Assembly (NCBI GenBank): GCA_965112735.1
Contig: OZ218953.1
Location: 1,984,001 to 2,048,000, forward strand
Reading direction: 5' to 3'
Length of the DNA: 64,000 bases
From: Phaeosaccion multiseriatum
Lineage: Eukaryota; Protista; Ochrophyta, other classes
Below are positions 11,846-59,574 of the stretch, piece by piece (positions within the stretch are counted from its first letter, which is position 1; each line of letters starts with the position of its first letter). Under the pieces are notes generated by a model. It did not search any database. It was not told where the DNA came from and was given only the letters and a program-made list of their open reading frames with translations. Position numbers and translations under genes: made by a program.

Positions 11846-12469
11846 CACACAGACAGAGCAGAGAGAAAGAGATACAGAAGAGTGTGAGTGTGTGCGTGGG
11901 CGTACGTGTGTGGGCGTACGTGTGTGGGCGTACGTGTGTGTGTGTGTGTAGCCTAACCCCCACCTGGTCTCCTAGTCTATTCAGTAGACCCTGAAAGTCC
12001 CACCACATTGACTAAACTTAACTCACCTGGTCATCGCGGATGCGCTCGAGCTTCTTCAGGGCCGCTGCCTCTGCTGCGGCGATCTGGATTTTAAACTGCT
12101 GCTCCTCCGCCTTGCCGAAGTACACATCCACGGCCTCTGTGAGTGAGTGAGCAAACGTATTCATTCGTGAAGAGGGCGTGGGGGAAGAGCGTCACGTTCA
12201 TGGACCAAACTGACAGGGTAAGCGAAGAAGAATTCATTGTCCTTCGTCTTCCTCCAGCGACACAAATCGATGGGGTCGAAGCGAAGAAATCATGATCCTT
12301 CATCATCATTCAGGGCTCAAGCAAGCAAGCGAGATCGCCCCCTCCCTTATCGTGAAAGACAGCACACGCAGCCAAGACGCAAATGCACTGAGAGCCCTCC
12401 CCGGCCCGCCGGCCTATCGTCCCGAGTAGTCGCCTCAACACGCTCGCAACCTCCACTTCCTCTTTCTCC

Positions 12470-12505
<36 letters not shown>

Positions 12506-14991
12506 GTCAAATGTTTCGAACACCTTGTTCAGCATACCGCCATGCTGCACGAGCAAGTGCGGCACAAACTCCTCGTACACAAGGTCCTCTTCTTCTTCTT
12601 CTCCTCCTCCTCCTCCTCCTTCTCCTCCCTCTCCCTCATCCTCCTCCTCTGCCCCCTTCCTCTCCTCCGCCCCCTCCTCCCGCTTGCGTTGCCCCCCGGC
12701 AGTCGCCCCAGACCCCCCCCCTGGCAACTGCTTACACAGTATGTACCCCTTCTGACCGGGCTTGTCCAGCGCTGCGATGATCTCTCTTCCCTCCACCAAC
12801 GCCTGGACCAGTCGGCCCATCTCCTCCGCGTCCAAAGGCCCCTCGGCTTCCTTCGCGCTCCCCTCCCCACCTTCGCCTCCCTTGCTGCCCGCTTCTTGCT
12901 GCTGAGGAACAGAAGGAGGAAGAGGCACCCCGTTATTGCCTCCTCCACCACCACCACCACCACTGCTGCCGGAGGTCTTGCTTGTGCTGTCCTCTCGCCC
13001 CATCTCCACCTTCCTTCCGGGCCTTAACCCCGCATTGAGGATACAATGGTCGATGACGGAGGGACCGTACGTACTGCAGCCCGACCCCTTGCAAAGAAGC
13101 ACCTGCTTGAGAGTGATGCGGCGAGCGTTCTTTGTGTTCTTGCCCTTTCCGACCTTGGACTTGCCCTCGGCCGCAGCGAGAGCAGATGCCTCCTGCGCCT
13201 GTGTGGCCTCCCTCCTCAAGTCGGAAACAGTCTTGTCCATCCACTGTGAAGGAGAAGGAGGAGGGGGAGGAGAAGGAGGGGTGGTGGCGCTTAATAGACA
13301 GCGGGGAAGACGGACAAGAGCAGAACACCCGCCGCATAGATCACGGAAGCTTAGGCCAGACCGTCCGTCGGGGTGGGGCTCTGCAGTGTGAGTGTGAGTG
13401 TGAGTGTGAGTGTGTGTGTGCGTGTGTGCGTGCCTGCCTATGCCGCACGAACCTGGCCGAGCCTGTCTTCCGCACCCTCTTTGGTGAGCTGCAGTGCCCC
13501 TCCGTCTTCCTCGGCAGCTGCGCCACTTGTACCCTCCCTGCTCAGAGCGCCGCCGAGCACAGCAGATGGCAGCAAACGCACAAGAAACAAAAGGAGAGAC
13601 AGATACGGGGTGAGGAGGAGGGTGTGGTAGTGAGGGGGGGGGGTAGACACCAAAGAGAGGGACGCTAACCTCTGTCGGCAAACCACAACAACAACACAAC
13701 ACAGAGACAAAAGAAGTGATTTGACTTGATGCAAATCGTCTCTGCTGGGCCCCCCTAAGCCCACGCCCACGTCCACTTACATGGTGGTGGCCATGGCCAG
13801 CGGATACACCTCCTTGACGTTAACGCTGTGCACGTCGTCGTAAAAGTGCACTCGCAGCACCATGAGGATCTCGAACTTGTGGTCTGTGAGCACCACATTG
13901 CCAGACGCGTACAGCTCCAGAATCAAGTGGTTGCACGCCTGAGTGAGTGGCCAGTCAATCGGGCCGGGGGGGGGCGGGGGCAGGGAGGGACGAAAAGGAA
14001 GACATCACGACGAGGAGTGAGTATGGGGGTGGGAGGACAACGAGCAGAGTGGGGCTTGGTTTGGCTTGGTGGTAGAGCTACTTCAAGAGCAGCTGCGCCT
14101 TCTTCCCCGCATATGCCCACTATCTCCCCCTCTACCCTCCTCCCTCCTCCCCCCTCTCTCTCCCTCCATCCAGCCCCCCCCCTCTCACCTCCCCTGAGCC
14201 GAACTTAAAATCCACCACCCTGTCCATGCCGAACTGGCGAATGTCTTCGAGTCGCTTACTCCGAATGTGCTTCCGAAGCTTCATGCTAAACTGCGAGGGC
14301 ATATCGCCCTTGTCTCTGCTGAAGCGTGTGGTGTGGAAGCGCAGGCCGCTCTCCAGCAGAAGCACCGCTTTCTTCGCGCCAGGCTGAGCAAGCTTGATCA
14401 AGTAGGTCTAGTAGTGTTGGTTGGGCAAGGATTGGGAACCACAAGACGACATGAGGACGATGGATGGCAATAACAAGATCCGTGGCGAGTAGATGAAGTT
14501 CGCAGAGGTACAAGCAGTGAGAGGGGGTCGGTGCTGGTATGGGTAGAGCTTCGCCTTACAGGGCGCAAACCACGGAAGTCTTCTCCCTCTGTCAACATGC
14601 CCCACGTCCGGCTATCAGGAGTGGCATTGCGTGTGCATCTTTGGATCTTTCCTTCCTTACCTTCGGGTTGATATCGTATACGTTGATTACCCTGATGGAG
14701 GAAGGAGCAACGGGGTAGGATCGCAAGAGAGAGAGGGAGGGAGAGAGAAAGAGGGATAGAGAGAGCGAGAGAGAGAAGAGAGACATACAAGGTGATAAGG
14801 CAAGGAATAAACCAAGGGAAAGGAAGAGGGAACGAACTAGGAAGGGGAGAGAGCAAGCGAGAGAAGGGAAGGGTGACACGCGAGAGGCGGAGCGGCACAG
14901 AGAGAACGATTCCTCACCTCAGGCCCAGCACGGTGGACCTCAGTTCGCGGACCTCCGCGCGGACATCCGCAGCGGTGAAGCGCTGCTTCAT
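7922..14991 (-). CDS. NEMF: NEMF/Rqc2 (SDCCAG1) ribosome quality-control factor, multi-exon
   Basis: Start [25 protein letters not shown]|[10 protein letters not shown]|TYLIKL (ATG at 14989-14991; 31-nt micro-exon 14661-14691). Also [12 protein letters not shown]...[31 protein letters not shown]; NFACT-R segments [21 protein letters not shown]...[12 protein letters not shown] and [36 protein letters not shown]; C-terminal LTGLP...[31 protein letters not shown]. Stop at 7922. Confidence 0.95.
10598..10697. repeat. Intronic (TCAC)n tetranucleotide repeat
   Basis: Read directly; within a NEMF intron. Confidence 0.9.
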
Positions 14992-15175
14992 CCTTGCTCA
15001 CGTCCCTCCTCCTGGCCTGACCACGGAGGGTTTTATAATATCAAAAGAGTCATTCCCGATTCCCCCCTTCTGGTGCCATCCTCGCCTACCTCCCCCTGAA
15101 GATATCGATATCCCCTGAATCCCCCTGGTCCCCCTCTTTGTTTCCCTCTTCCCATTTAAATATACTTCTCGATCA
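14992..15175. promoter_or_regulatory. Putative bidirectional promoter between NEMF and the GST gene
   Basis: Only 184 bp separate two divergent ATGs. The interval has AT-rich TATA-like words (ttttataata, tttaaatata) in a GC-rich background. Confidence 0.6.
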
Positions 15176-16268
15176 ATGGTGGCGGTAGAGAGAGGTTTCT
15201 CCCCTCTGTATACCGCCTCGCGAACCCTTCCTTTGGTGCTGCTCCTGCTGTCTTGGCTCGCCCTCGCTGCAGAGGCCTTCGCCTTCCCTCCGCCATCCCG
15301 CCCCGGTGGGTCGTCTTCGGCTCTGAAAGACTGCTCTGCTCGCTCTGGCTCAAGGCTTTCCTGGACGATGAGCTCCGAAGAGGCGCCCTCGCTCCGCTTC
15401 GTTACGAACAAGATGTGTAAGTGCTGTTTGGAGAGCCATGGAGTGATATCAAGGAGTAGCATACCTCACCACCCCACCCTCTCCTCCTTTTCCCTCCTCC
15501 CCCCTCCCCTCGCTCTACCTATGCCGACTCCTTCTTTCTTCATATTGACAGGTCCCTACGCCCAGAAAACGTGGATTGCTCTGGAAGAGAGTCGACTTCC
15601 ATACCAAATGCAAGAGGTTAGAAGGGGTGGGAGTTGTGAGTGCCACTCATCCCCCTTTGGTCCCCCCTCACAACACCGTCACGATCTCCTGTCTGTCCCT
15701 CCCTGACTCTGTGCCGCCCTCCCCCCCCCCCCCAACCCATCCTCACCAGATTAGCCTGTACGGACCAGGAGGCAAGCCGGACTGGTTCATGAAGCTCAAC
15801 AACAAGGGAGAGATCCCCGTGTTGGTAGATGAGAGGAAGAAAGAAGAAGACGTGGTCATAGTGGGGAGCGAGGCTACGCTGGACCACATCGGGTCCCTCT
15901 GCGGGAGTGACAGCGCCTTGCAGCCACCGAGTGGAGGCGACGTGGCGAACAGATGTGCGGAGTGGCGGAGGATGGTAGACACGCAGCTCAAGCCCGCTGG
16001 TAAGATGTCAGTGCTCGCGGACGCCCGCTCTGAGCTCGATGCCCTGCTGAAGCGCCTGGACGGCGAGGTGGACGCCTCGGGGCCCTTTCTGTGTGGTAAA
16101 GACTTCACACTCGCAGATGCAAGTGCGTACCCCTTCTTTCAGCGCATCCGTCACGAATATGGAGGCTTCCCAAAGGGGTGTGATCGCCTGGAGCGCTGGC
16201 TGAAGGCCTGCGAGGAGCGCCCCTCCATCCGCAAGACCAAGCAGACCAACTGGTGGTGGTGGTGGTGA
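15176..16268 (+). CDS. Cys-type (omega/DHAR/lambda-like) glutathione S-transferase with a probable bipartite plastid-targeting presequence. Exons 15176-15416, 15552-15616, 15750-16268
   Basis: Spliced active site FVTNKMCPYAQKTWIALEE, KPDWFMKLNNKGEIPVL, and GST C-domain GPFLCGKDFTLADASAYPFFQR. Hydrophobic signal LPLVLLLLSWLALAAEA followed by FAF and a Ser/Arg-rich transit-like segment. Confidence 0.88.
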
Positions 16269-17518
16269 GGAGGCTTTGTATTTTGATGATTGGAGCCCCC
16301 GCCCTTTCTCTCTTGGACTGCCTGTATGCGGAGGGGCCGGCCATATGATGAGGGGGGGGGCTATTAATCGGTCCGTCAGCATCTGCCTGCCGTGGAGAGG
16401 CTTTCACAGACCATTGCATGCCTGGGCTGGTCACGACTTGGCTCATTCAGGAGCATGTGGTTTTTCGGCCGTTGCGTCCCCCGCAGCATGCACACATGCC
16501 GGCAAGCAGCAAGGAGAAGGGCAGAAAGTGTCTGCGACACCGCCGCGTCTAAAGCCAGCTGAGCATAGCGGCCCTTCTCTGTGGCACATGGGCACTGCTG
16601 AAGTGTGCGGCAGTGCGGCCTGCCTATAGGACCTCGAGAGAGATCTCTCGCTGTGGAAAGAGGAAGAGAGAGGAGGACTGAAGGCGAGGGAGATGGGGTG
16701 GACGGTCCCAGGCAACCGGGCAGGGGCTGAGGCGGTCAGAGAGGCCTTCCCTCCTCTCCTGCCTCTGCTTGCCGGCCAGCAGGACGCCCTGCCACCATCC
16801 ACCTCACCCCACCCCGACCTGTACTATGGTAGCTTTGGAGACCTGTTACTACACGCTCTCAGCGATGGACACCCACACACAGAGTCACAGAGAGAGAGGG
16901 GGGGAGGGAATGCTTCTGTATGCTTCTCTCTTGTCCCTCCTCCTCCTTCGGCCTTCCGGGGGAGGCTTCTTAGTTAATGAGCAGCACGATACGTGCTATC
17001 ATCATTCTCCAGCACATATACAGGGAAGAGAGGGAAGAGGGAGAGGGGAAAGAGGATCTAATTTTAGTTTCGTCGTCGTCGGAGTTCGGTTTCAACTTTT
17101 CTGAATTTGAGCGCTTCAGCATATCCAAAGTAAAAAGTATTTCAGTGGGACCGCCACTACGGCTTCTACTATGCCTTGCCTGGGTGCTGTGCCCCCCTTA
17201 CAACGCTGTCTGGTAAGACTGTCTACGCAAAACCCCTCACAAAACCACCACGGTAACGCTCATCTACCTTCACAGCAGCAGCCCCAGAGCCAATCAAGCA
17301 AGCAAAAGGAGAAGAGCAAGACGGTATATCTGAGAAGTTATAGAGTATTGTCGCACAGCGGCAGAAGAAAAACCTCCCCCCCTCCTTCCGCGATCAATCT
17401 CGCTCGGAGAGGAGGAAGACACCACGCCTGCAGAGCAGCCACGTCGGTGAAAGATTGAACTGAGGTCGAGAGTGGAGGGATCGAGCTTTCAAGTGAGCAG
17501 CTAAGCAAAGGAAGGAAA

Positions 17519-52100
<34,582 letters not shown>

Positions 52101-52831
52101 AGCCGAGTGTAACCGTCCATCGAGCTCCAGAGGTAGCTGTCGGGCAGGCTTCTCGCTTGTGTGTGTGTGTGTGTGTGTGTGAGGGAGAGAGAGAGAGATA
52201 AAGTGTGCTTGTGTGTGATTGTTTATGTGAGTGCGTGCGTGTGCATGTGTATACTCGTACTACTGCGGAGCGTGCAGCAGAGCAAACGTCGTAGTTACGT
52301 CACCCTTGACATTAACGCCAATGTCCGAGTAAGGAAGACGAGGAAGAGACAGATGGGCATATGTCATCCCGCGAACAAGGTGAATGACGGCCAGCAAGGG
52401 AGGCCCAGCTTACGAAGCCGTGGTGCCCCGTTCCAAAGAGACTACTACGAGGGGAAGTAAAATAATATTGTACAATACTGAGAGTAAAGTGAGTGAAGAG
52501 TATTACAAAACTGCTTCTATCGTGCCGTCGATGGCGGTGCGAGCCACGGAGGACGGGGGCGGGACAGGGATGGCTAAGTACAGCGGCGGCAGCAAACAAC
52601 ATGAACAAAGGTACACTACACTACACTCTCTGCGGTGCACAGAACACAGAGGAGCATGAGTGGGAATACATTCAGTCGCTTCAATCGACATCTCCAAGAG
52701 GTGGCGATTATACGCTCCCCTTTCACTTGTCGCCCCGCCCCTGCCCTCCTTCGAGCTTTAAACGGATGACTTGATACATCTCGGTACGTACGCTGTGCTA
52801 CCGCCTAAGCTCCCTACACGCCCTGGACGCA

Positions 52832-53190
52832 TCAAATGGCAGCGAAAATGTAGTAGAGACTGTCGCACAGGCTGAAGATGATGGAGCCTACACACACAAC
52901 GAGGAAGATGGCGCCCCCTACTCTGCTGCTCGCGCTGGACTGCTGCATCTGGGCCTGCTCCACGTGGTTCTTAGGCAACAGGCCGATGAGCGCCAGGGGG
53001 AGCACCTGCACCAGACTGGTGAAGATGGTGAGCTTCACCATGCCACTGAGGTGTCCGGCGCTCAGAGACGAGTTACTCACGTCGAACACGCTGGTGAGGC
53101 CCTCACCGATGGCAAAGGCGACCTGGAAGGGTGTGGAGCGAGGGGGGGTAGCGAGGGAAGGAGTATTGTGTGTGTGTTTGTGTGTGTGTG

Positions 53191-53243
<53 letters not shown>

Positions 53244-56200
53244 GGGCCGAACCAAGTGCGGAGCTCAGAGTCCAAAGGCACGTTAACTACTCCGATGAGG
53301 CAGTCTATATAGCAGCGTCGCCATGCTGTGACTCTCACCGAGTACGCTACGTTGCTGAGCGTGGTGAGAACGGCGTAGCTCGCTCCTTCCGCCCCATCCG
53401 GGCACATGATCGCGTACTGCGGGGGGCAGGAGAGAGGAGGGAGGGAGGTATTGGTATCAGAAAGGAGGTAGGGCAGGAAGTTCCCTCACTCGCTCACCCT
53501 CACTCACTCGATTCATTTATTCATTCGCCCACTCACTCGCCCACTTCCTCATGCACCCTCTCAATCCACTTGCTCATTGCTTGTTCACTCATTCAGTCAC
53601 TCACTCGCCCACTTACTCGCCCATTCAGTCATTCAGTCAGTCAGTCACTCACTCGCTCACTCACTCACTCACTCATCCACTCACGCGCTTACTCACTCAC
53701 GCACGCACGTACCATTCTGGTGATGGGTAGGAACTGAATGGCGAGCACGAATTCCAACGCCGCATCATCTCCGGCGGCGAACATCAAGTCTGGCAGCCCA
53801 AGCTGAGAGGAAGGGCGAGAAGGGAGGGGTAGCAGTTAAGGCCCTACGAAAGTGAGTGAGCAAGAGCATACAGAAACTGATCACCTTGCGCCGAAGGGCC
53901 GAAGGTAAGCTAAGGCCTAAAAGCAGAAAAGCGCACACCATGCAGCCCGACACGCACGCACGCACTCACGCACTCACCGACGTGTTCCACCCCTCAATGA
54001 GGGCGAGCTGCAACAGACTGAAGGTACAGAGGATGGAAGTGGTGTAGATGTAGATGCTCCGCCAATTCTTGTTGGAGAGGAAGTGCTTGTATGCGACGAG
54101 CCCCCCCTGCGAGTGAGTAAAGACAAGGAAAGGAGAGAAGGCGAAGCAATACAAAGGCAAGACAAGGCTAGACGGGTCAGGACAACCGAGAAGAAAGCCA
54201 GTGACCTCAGCAGGCTGAGCAAGGGAGGGAAAGAGAGAGAAAAGGCAGTGTGACAGAGGGCGTATGGCGCAGTCAATCCAAACGGTGACGAGCCTTGCAC
54301 TGCACTGTTCTGGAGAAGAACGTTCCTCGCCCCTTGCTTGCTGCCTGTCCCCTTCTTCCCTTCTCCGTCGGCAATACGCATGATCGCGCTACCGCCCGCC
54401 TTCCCTCCTGTCCCACGTGGTAGGGTAGAATGTGGGCAGGTGGGGGTCTTGGTACTCTATAGGTCAGGCATTGCGGTGGTACTCACCCAGCCTGCACAGC
54501 TGCCGACGACGGCGATGAGTCCAATCTGAGCAGAGTGGAAATACGGGCGAGCGGAGCAGCACAACGACATGGGAACAGCACATACGTCAGTCGGACTCAG
54601 CGACTTCAACCATAAAAGTCCTCCCTCCACCTCTAACTCAAACTCTCCACCTCTATTCTCATTATATGAGTAAACTACGTCACCCGGCTTATAAGAATGC
54701 CCTCGAGCACGCACACTCATCCTCATCGAGCACCCCCTTTTCACACCACCCACCTGGAAATCGTTGAGTCCGACCCACAGAATAATAAAATTGTCCCAAG
54801 CTACATTTGGGATCATGAATGCGTTGTACACGTATACAAACGCCATGGGCTGCCAAACGCTGCGCAGCTGCACCAGACCCCAGATCTGCTCGTGGTTCGG
54901 CATGATTGTGGCAAGTCGTGCGAGGAATGAGGGGTGAGGGATGACGTGGGATGTGGGTCTTGCCAGGGCTTGGTCGCGAAGGTGGCTCCGAGGGGGGTTG
55001 AGAGGCGTCGCTCGCGTGCGGCTGCCACGTCCGAAGCAAGAATCGATCCACTGACTCACTTACTCACTTACTCACTCACTCACTCACTCACCCACCCCCA
55101 CTCATTCATTCACTCACTCACTCACTCACCCCATCCCTCCCACTCACCCCCTCACCCACCCATCGACACTCCCCCTCACCTCCTGAGAACGCAATTGAAG
55201 CATCTGCCGGGCTTGATTCTTGTGGTGCTGATGCGGTGGCTGCTTGGTCTCTGCCAAATAACTCACGAGAGGAAACACCATCACCACGGGCACAAGCGCA
55301 TTGAGGAGGAAGAGTTGACGAATGGTGCACCCCCAGCCCCACGTGTCCTTATTGTAAAGGATGCAGCCTCCAATCGAGCCCAGCGTCAGTCCACAGCCAC
55401 GCAGAATGTACCCGCTCGCCTGCAAGTTTCCCCTCATCCTGGACGAGACCACCCCAGGACGGCAGGTGCAGAAGAGAGAAGGAGGGGAGGGCAGATATCG
55501 GTCAGCGAGGGCGGCGCGATGAGGGGCAGGCAATTCATCACTTCTACGACAACCTCTTGCGCAACACCCTCACTCCCTCTTTCTCTTTCTCTCTCTGTCT
55601 CGATGTGTTTGTAACTGTGTCTATGTCTTCCCCTCTCTCCCCACCTCCATCCCTCTGTTTTTCTCGTTGTGTGCACGTGCATGTATACCATTCCTCCTCT
55701 CCGTCCCTCCCCTCCCTCTCTGCCCACCCGCCCGTCCGTCCGCCCGCCCTCCTGTCTGCCAGCCTTTCTGTCGGCCCCACTTACGCAATGGGCTCCAGCT
55801 TGGTTCTCTCCACAACCACAGCGTCGGTCATGACGTCACTCAGAGTGTACCCGCAGGCTCCAATGAAGCTGAGCGAAATCGTGGCTGCCACCGAAGGAGT
55901 CCCCAGAAGAGCGGCCACAAGGTTCGAAAACACAAAGACCATCCAGCCGATTATCAGGTACGGCTTGCGGCGGTAACCCCCCAGGGGTACGCAGTCACTG
56001 GGGTAGATGAGAGCAAGGTGCATGCAGGAGATGAGGTGGGGTGGTAGGATACAGGCAAGAGCAAAGGACGGAGGACAAGGAAGGAAGGTGTAGCAGAACG
56101 CGGCTCGAAGGAGTTTAGCGGAGCAAAGTGAGTGTTTGTAGGGCATGTGTAAGGTCTCAATTTCAGTCCTCTCTTGTTTGTTGCTGTGGGCCGTGTGGGC

Positions 56201-56869
56201 TGCCCCCACCCCCACATGTGTGGGCAGCACAGTACAACAACACAGACACGCAAATACAAACACACACAGAGAGAGAGGCATAGACGTAGACATGCTGCTT
56301 GCACGTACTACGCACCTGAGGAAGCCGTAAAAGACTTTGAAGCTCCAGGGCAGCGCCACCAGAGCGGTGTACACAGCGGTCTCTGCTGAGGACGCATCGA
56401 GGCTCTCCACAAGATAGTACGCCGCCGGAGTTGCCATCAAATTCATGGCCACCCCCACCGAGAAGTAGCTGGCACCAATGGCGAGGGACTTTAGGCTGTA
56501 CAGAGTCGTGGCGGCCTGCGGTTGTGGCGGCCGCGGAGGGTCTTCGCCTTCCCCTCCTACGCCTTTGCCCGGACTCCTGTCTCCAGCGAGGGGTGCTCGA
56601 AGCGGTGCCTTACTAATGTCTCCGGCTTCGTGCCGCTCCTGCTCCTTCCCATGCCGCACGCAGCGCGAGTGCACCTTCCTGGGCAGTAGCGGCCTGCCCT
56701 CTTCATTCTCTCCCTCGTCTCTGCTACTGCTGCTGTTGCTGCTACTGCTGCTGCTACCGTTGCTGTCCCCCCACTCCCAGCTCGCCGTGCTGCTTCCACC
56801 GCTTCTTGTGCTGTCCTCTGTTCGGGTGCAAAGGCTTTGGGGGGGTTCGAGAGGGCGTCCTTTTGTCAT
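52832..56869 (-). CDS. BT1-family folate/biopterin transporter (MFS), multi-exon
   Basis: LPWSFKVFYGFL|SDCVPLGGYRRKPYLIIGW; SDVMTDAVVVER; RGNLQASGYILRGCG; QIWGLVQLRSVWQPMAFVYVYNAFMIPNVAW; YKHFLSNKNWRSIY; MCPDGAEGASYAVLTTLSNVA. Stop at 52832. The start ATG (56867-56869) is tentative. Confidence 0.88.
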
Positions 56870-58217
56870 GTCCTTTGGTAATTGCACCGCTGGTGGCCGG
56901 CACAGGAGGCTAAAAGAAAAGCTCTTCGCTCACTCGGCACAATCTACTCTCCATGCCCACCTATCCCTTTCACCATTGATGTATTTCAACAGTTCTGCTA
57001 GGTGGAGCAGCAACAAATGAGAATCAGAGGAAGGAGGGGGAACGGGAGGAAGAGGGGGGGGGGGGGAGGTGAGAAAGAGGGGAGTCGAGGGAATCCGCGA
57101 CATTGATTGTATCATCTAGGACCCTAGGGAGTGGGAAGAGCGTCATAGGCGTTTACTAGGCACAACAATGTAATGCAATGCAAGATCTTGCTGTAGAGGC
57201 AGGGGATAAAGAATATTCTGGGGGAGAGAGTAGGATAATTGCAAGCAAGAACAACGGGGGACGAGAAGAGAAAAAGGCAAAAAGTTGGAGCCGAGAAGGA
57301 ACAGGTAGAGAAGGGAAAGTACTCACATGCTTTTCTTCCCCTCTTCTGTGTGTATGTGTGCTCCTGTTGCTTTCCTAAGGGCGTTGGAAGACGCGTTTGG
57401 GGGAGAAAAAGGGGGGGGGGCAGCCCCGAAACGGATATGAAGCAAGTTGGTTGTCCGAATTGTCCAAATTCACAGATTTCCCCCGTGCCTGAACACCTCC
57501 CCCTGGCTGTCTTCCGGGCGAAGCCTTGGTGATGTTGACTGCTACGACTGATTTCTATCTGCTCCTGACCTAGTTTGACCTCCCCTTCTCCGCCTGCCTC
57601 ACCTCTTAGCTCGGGACGGAAGGTCATGGCAGGGAGGGGGGGGGATCCGTGCACACACTCTAGTAGAACTCCCCAGTGGCAGCCCACCTTCTTGGGCGGC
57701 CGGCCTGTCCCTCCTAACGCCCTTTGCGCGGAGGGGCAGGTTGGTCCTGGCGCGAGTTCTCCCTTGTTCGGCGGCGGTCGCTTCGGCGGCCTCCGCCGTT
57801 CGGGGTCTACTCTTGGTTCTCCAAAATCGTGCACGCGTCCCCCCTCCTCCTCACCATGACACTCTCGTCTCACACACACACCCACACACACACTTTCAGT
57901 TATAGTTTCTAAGGTGATTCCTCTTAAGTCTTTCTAATATTTTATTGTACATAATATCTATATACGAAGTGACAAGCACCTCGCCCGTGCTCACTCCCAC
58001 GTTGCCCTTTGCTCTACGCCTGCCTTGGCTTTCGCAGGCTGTTCGTTTGATGAGGGGAAGGGACGGGAAGGAAAGGGAAAGGGAAATTCGTCCGATGGGA
58101 GGCAGGCAGCCAGACTTTGCTATCCCCGCCCCCCCCAACCCACCTGGACTAGTGATCTTGCTGCTGCGGCTGCTAATGCTGCTCTCCCTACCACTCCCTT
58201 CCACACTGAATCCACTG

Positions 58218-59543
58218 TCATCGATGAGAAGCTTCCTCTTCCGCCTTGTTGGGCTTGGTGCCGTGCCCAAGTGCCCCAAGCACCCTCGCATCGATCCTAT
58301 CATCCGCCGACAGGAAGAGCTCTTGCCCTATCAGCCCCTGCGCCTCCTCCTCCTCCTCCTCCTGCTGCTGCTGCTGCTGCTGCTGTCGCCTGGTCTTGAT
58401 GGGCAACCCAAGCCTTCTCCTCCATTTCCGTCTCCAGTCTCGCTTCACCTTTGCCCTCTTCTTCCGTGAAGGAGACTCGGAACTATCTCGCTCTTCCGGC
58501 TGTATCACCAACCGGTGCTGCTGCTTCCCCCCCCCCTGTGCCTCCCCCTCTGCTTCAGAGCCCGCATCCTCTCCGGTCCCTTCTGAGTTGGCATCGCCGC
58601 CGTCTTCCGTCTCCACCCAAGGCATTTGGTTCCAACTCGTTTGATACCAATTTTCCCACGGAAGCATCTGCGAGGCCTTGGGCAGACCCCTCCTGCCATT
58701 GTCCACAAGGGTTTCGAACCCCGTATTGAAAGCATCCGCCATGTCGCCCCACATGGTAGCAAACGTCTTGAGTGACGCCATAGCAAAGGCATTGGCATAG
58801 CCTGCCACGTCCCAAGATTGCAAGTGGGACGTGTCGACCATAGGGAAGAAGGAAGGAGGGTTCCTTCTCTTCTTCTTCTGCCTCGTCTTCTCGACGTTGC
58901 TGCTGCTGCTGCCCAGGTAGTTGTTGGTAGACAGGCTCCCCCCCTCTGTTCTCCCCTGGTATTCATTCTTCTGTTGGCTTCTACGGCCCAGGCCAAGGTG
59001 GCGGCTGATGCCCATGCCGTCAAATTCCTCCTCCTCTTCCGCCGCTTGGTACTGCCTGTAACCTGTCTCGAGAAGCTCCTTCTCGAGATCCAGCAGTGTA
59101 GACTGCACCTGACCCTGTGGGAGGGTGTAGAAGCGTTACAGAAAGGGAGGAAGAGAGGGAAAGACACGAAAGAAGGCTGACTGAATGACTTGGAAACACT
59201 GACTGACTGACTGAATGACTGACTGACTGACTGACTGACTGACTGACTGACTGACCCGGACGGCCCCACCCACCTGCACCATCCGGTTGACTTCCCGAAG
59301 GGCATCGATGACCTCATCCTCTACTGACAAGGCCGTGTACATCACCGCCCTGTGCGGAGTGACATGGCAAGGGGTGGAAGGATGGAGGGAGGGAGGGAGG
59401 GAGGGAGGGAGGGAGGGAGGGAGGGAGGGAGGGAGGGAGAGGGCCGAAGATGAAAGGGGAGAAGGACAAGCATAAAGGAGATGACGTCACGACTGCCTGT
59501 ACCCCCAAGGAGAGCCCCAAACTCAACTCGTATCGACTGCTCA

Positions 59544-59574
<31 letters not shown>

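Noticed and set aside
16269-17518. Short ORFs between the GST and the PKS
   Set aside because: No protein-like signal; most likely GST 3' UTR plus PKS promoter and 5' UTR.
57124-58217. ORF 57124-57891 and GC-rich hairpin-like sequence near 57770-57800
   Set aside because: No family motif and no recognisable RNA gene structure; consistent with the BT1 5' UTR, intron and promoter.
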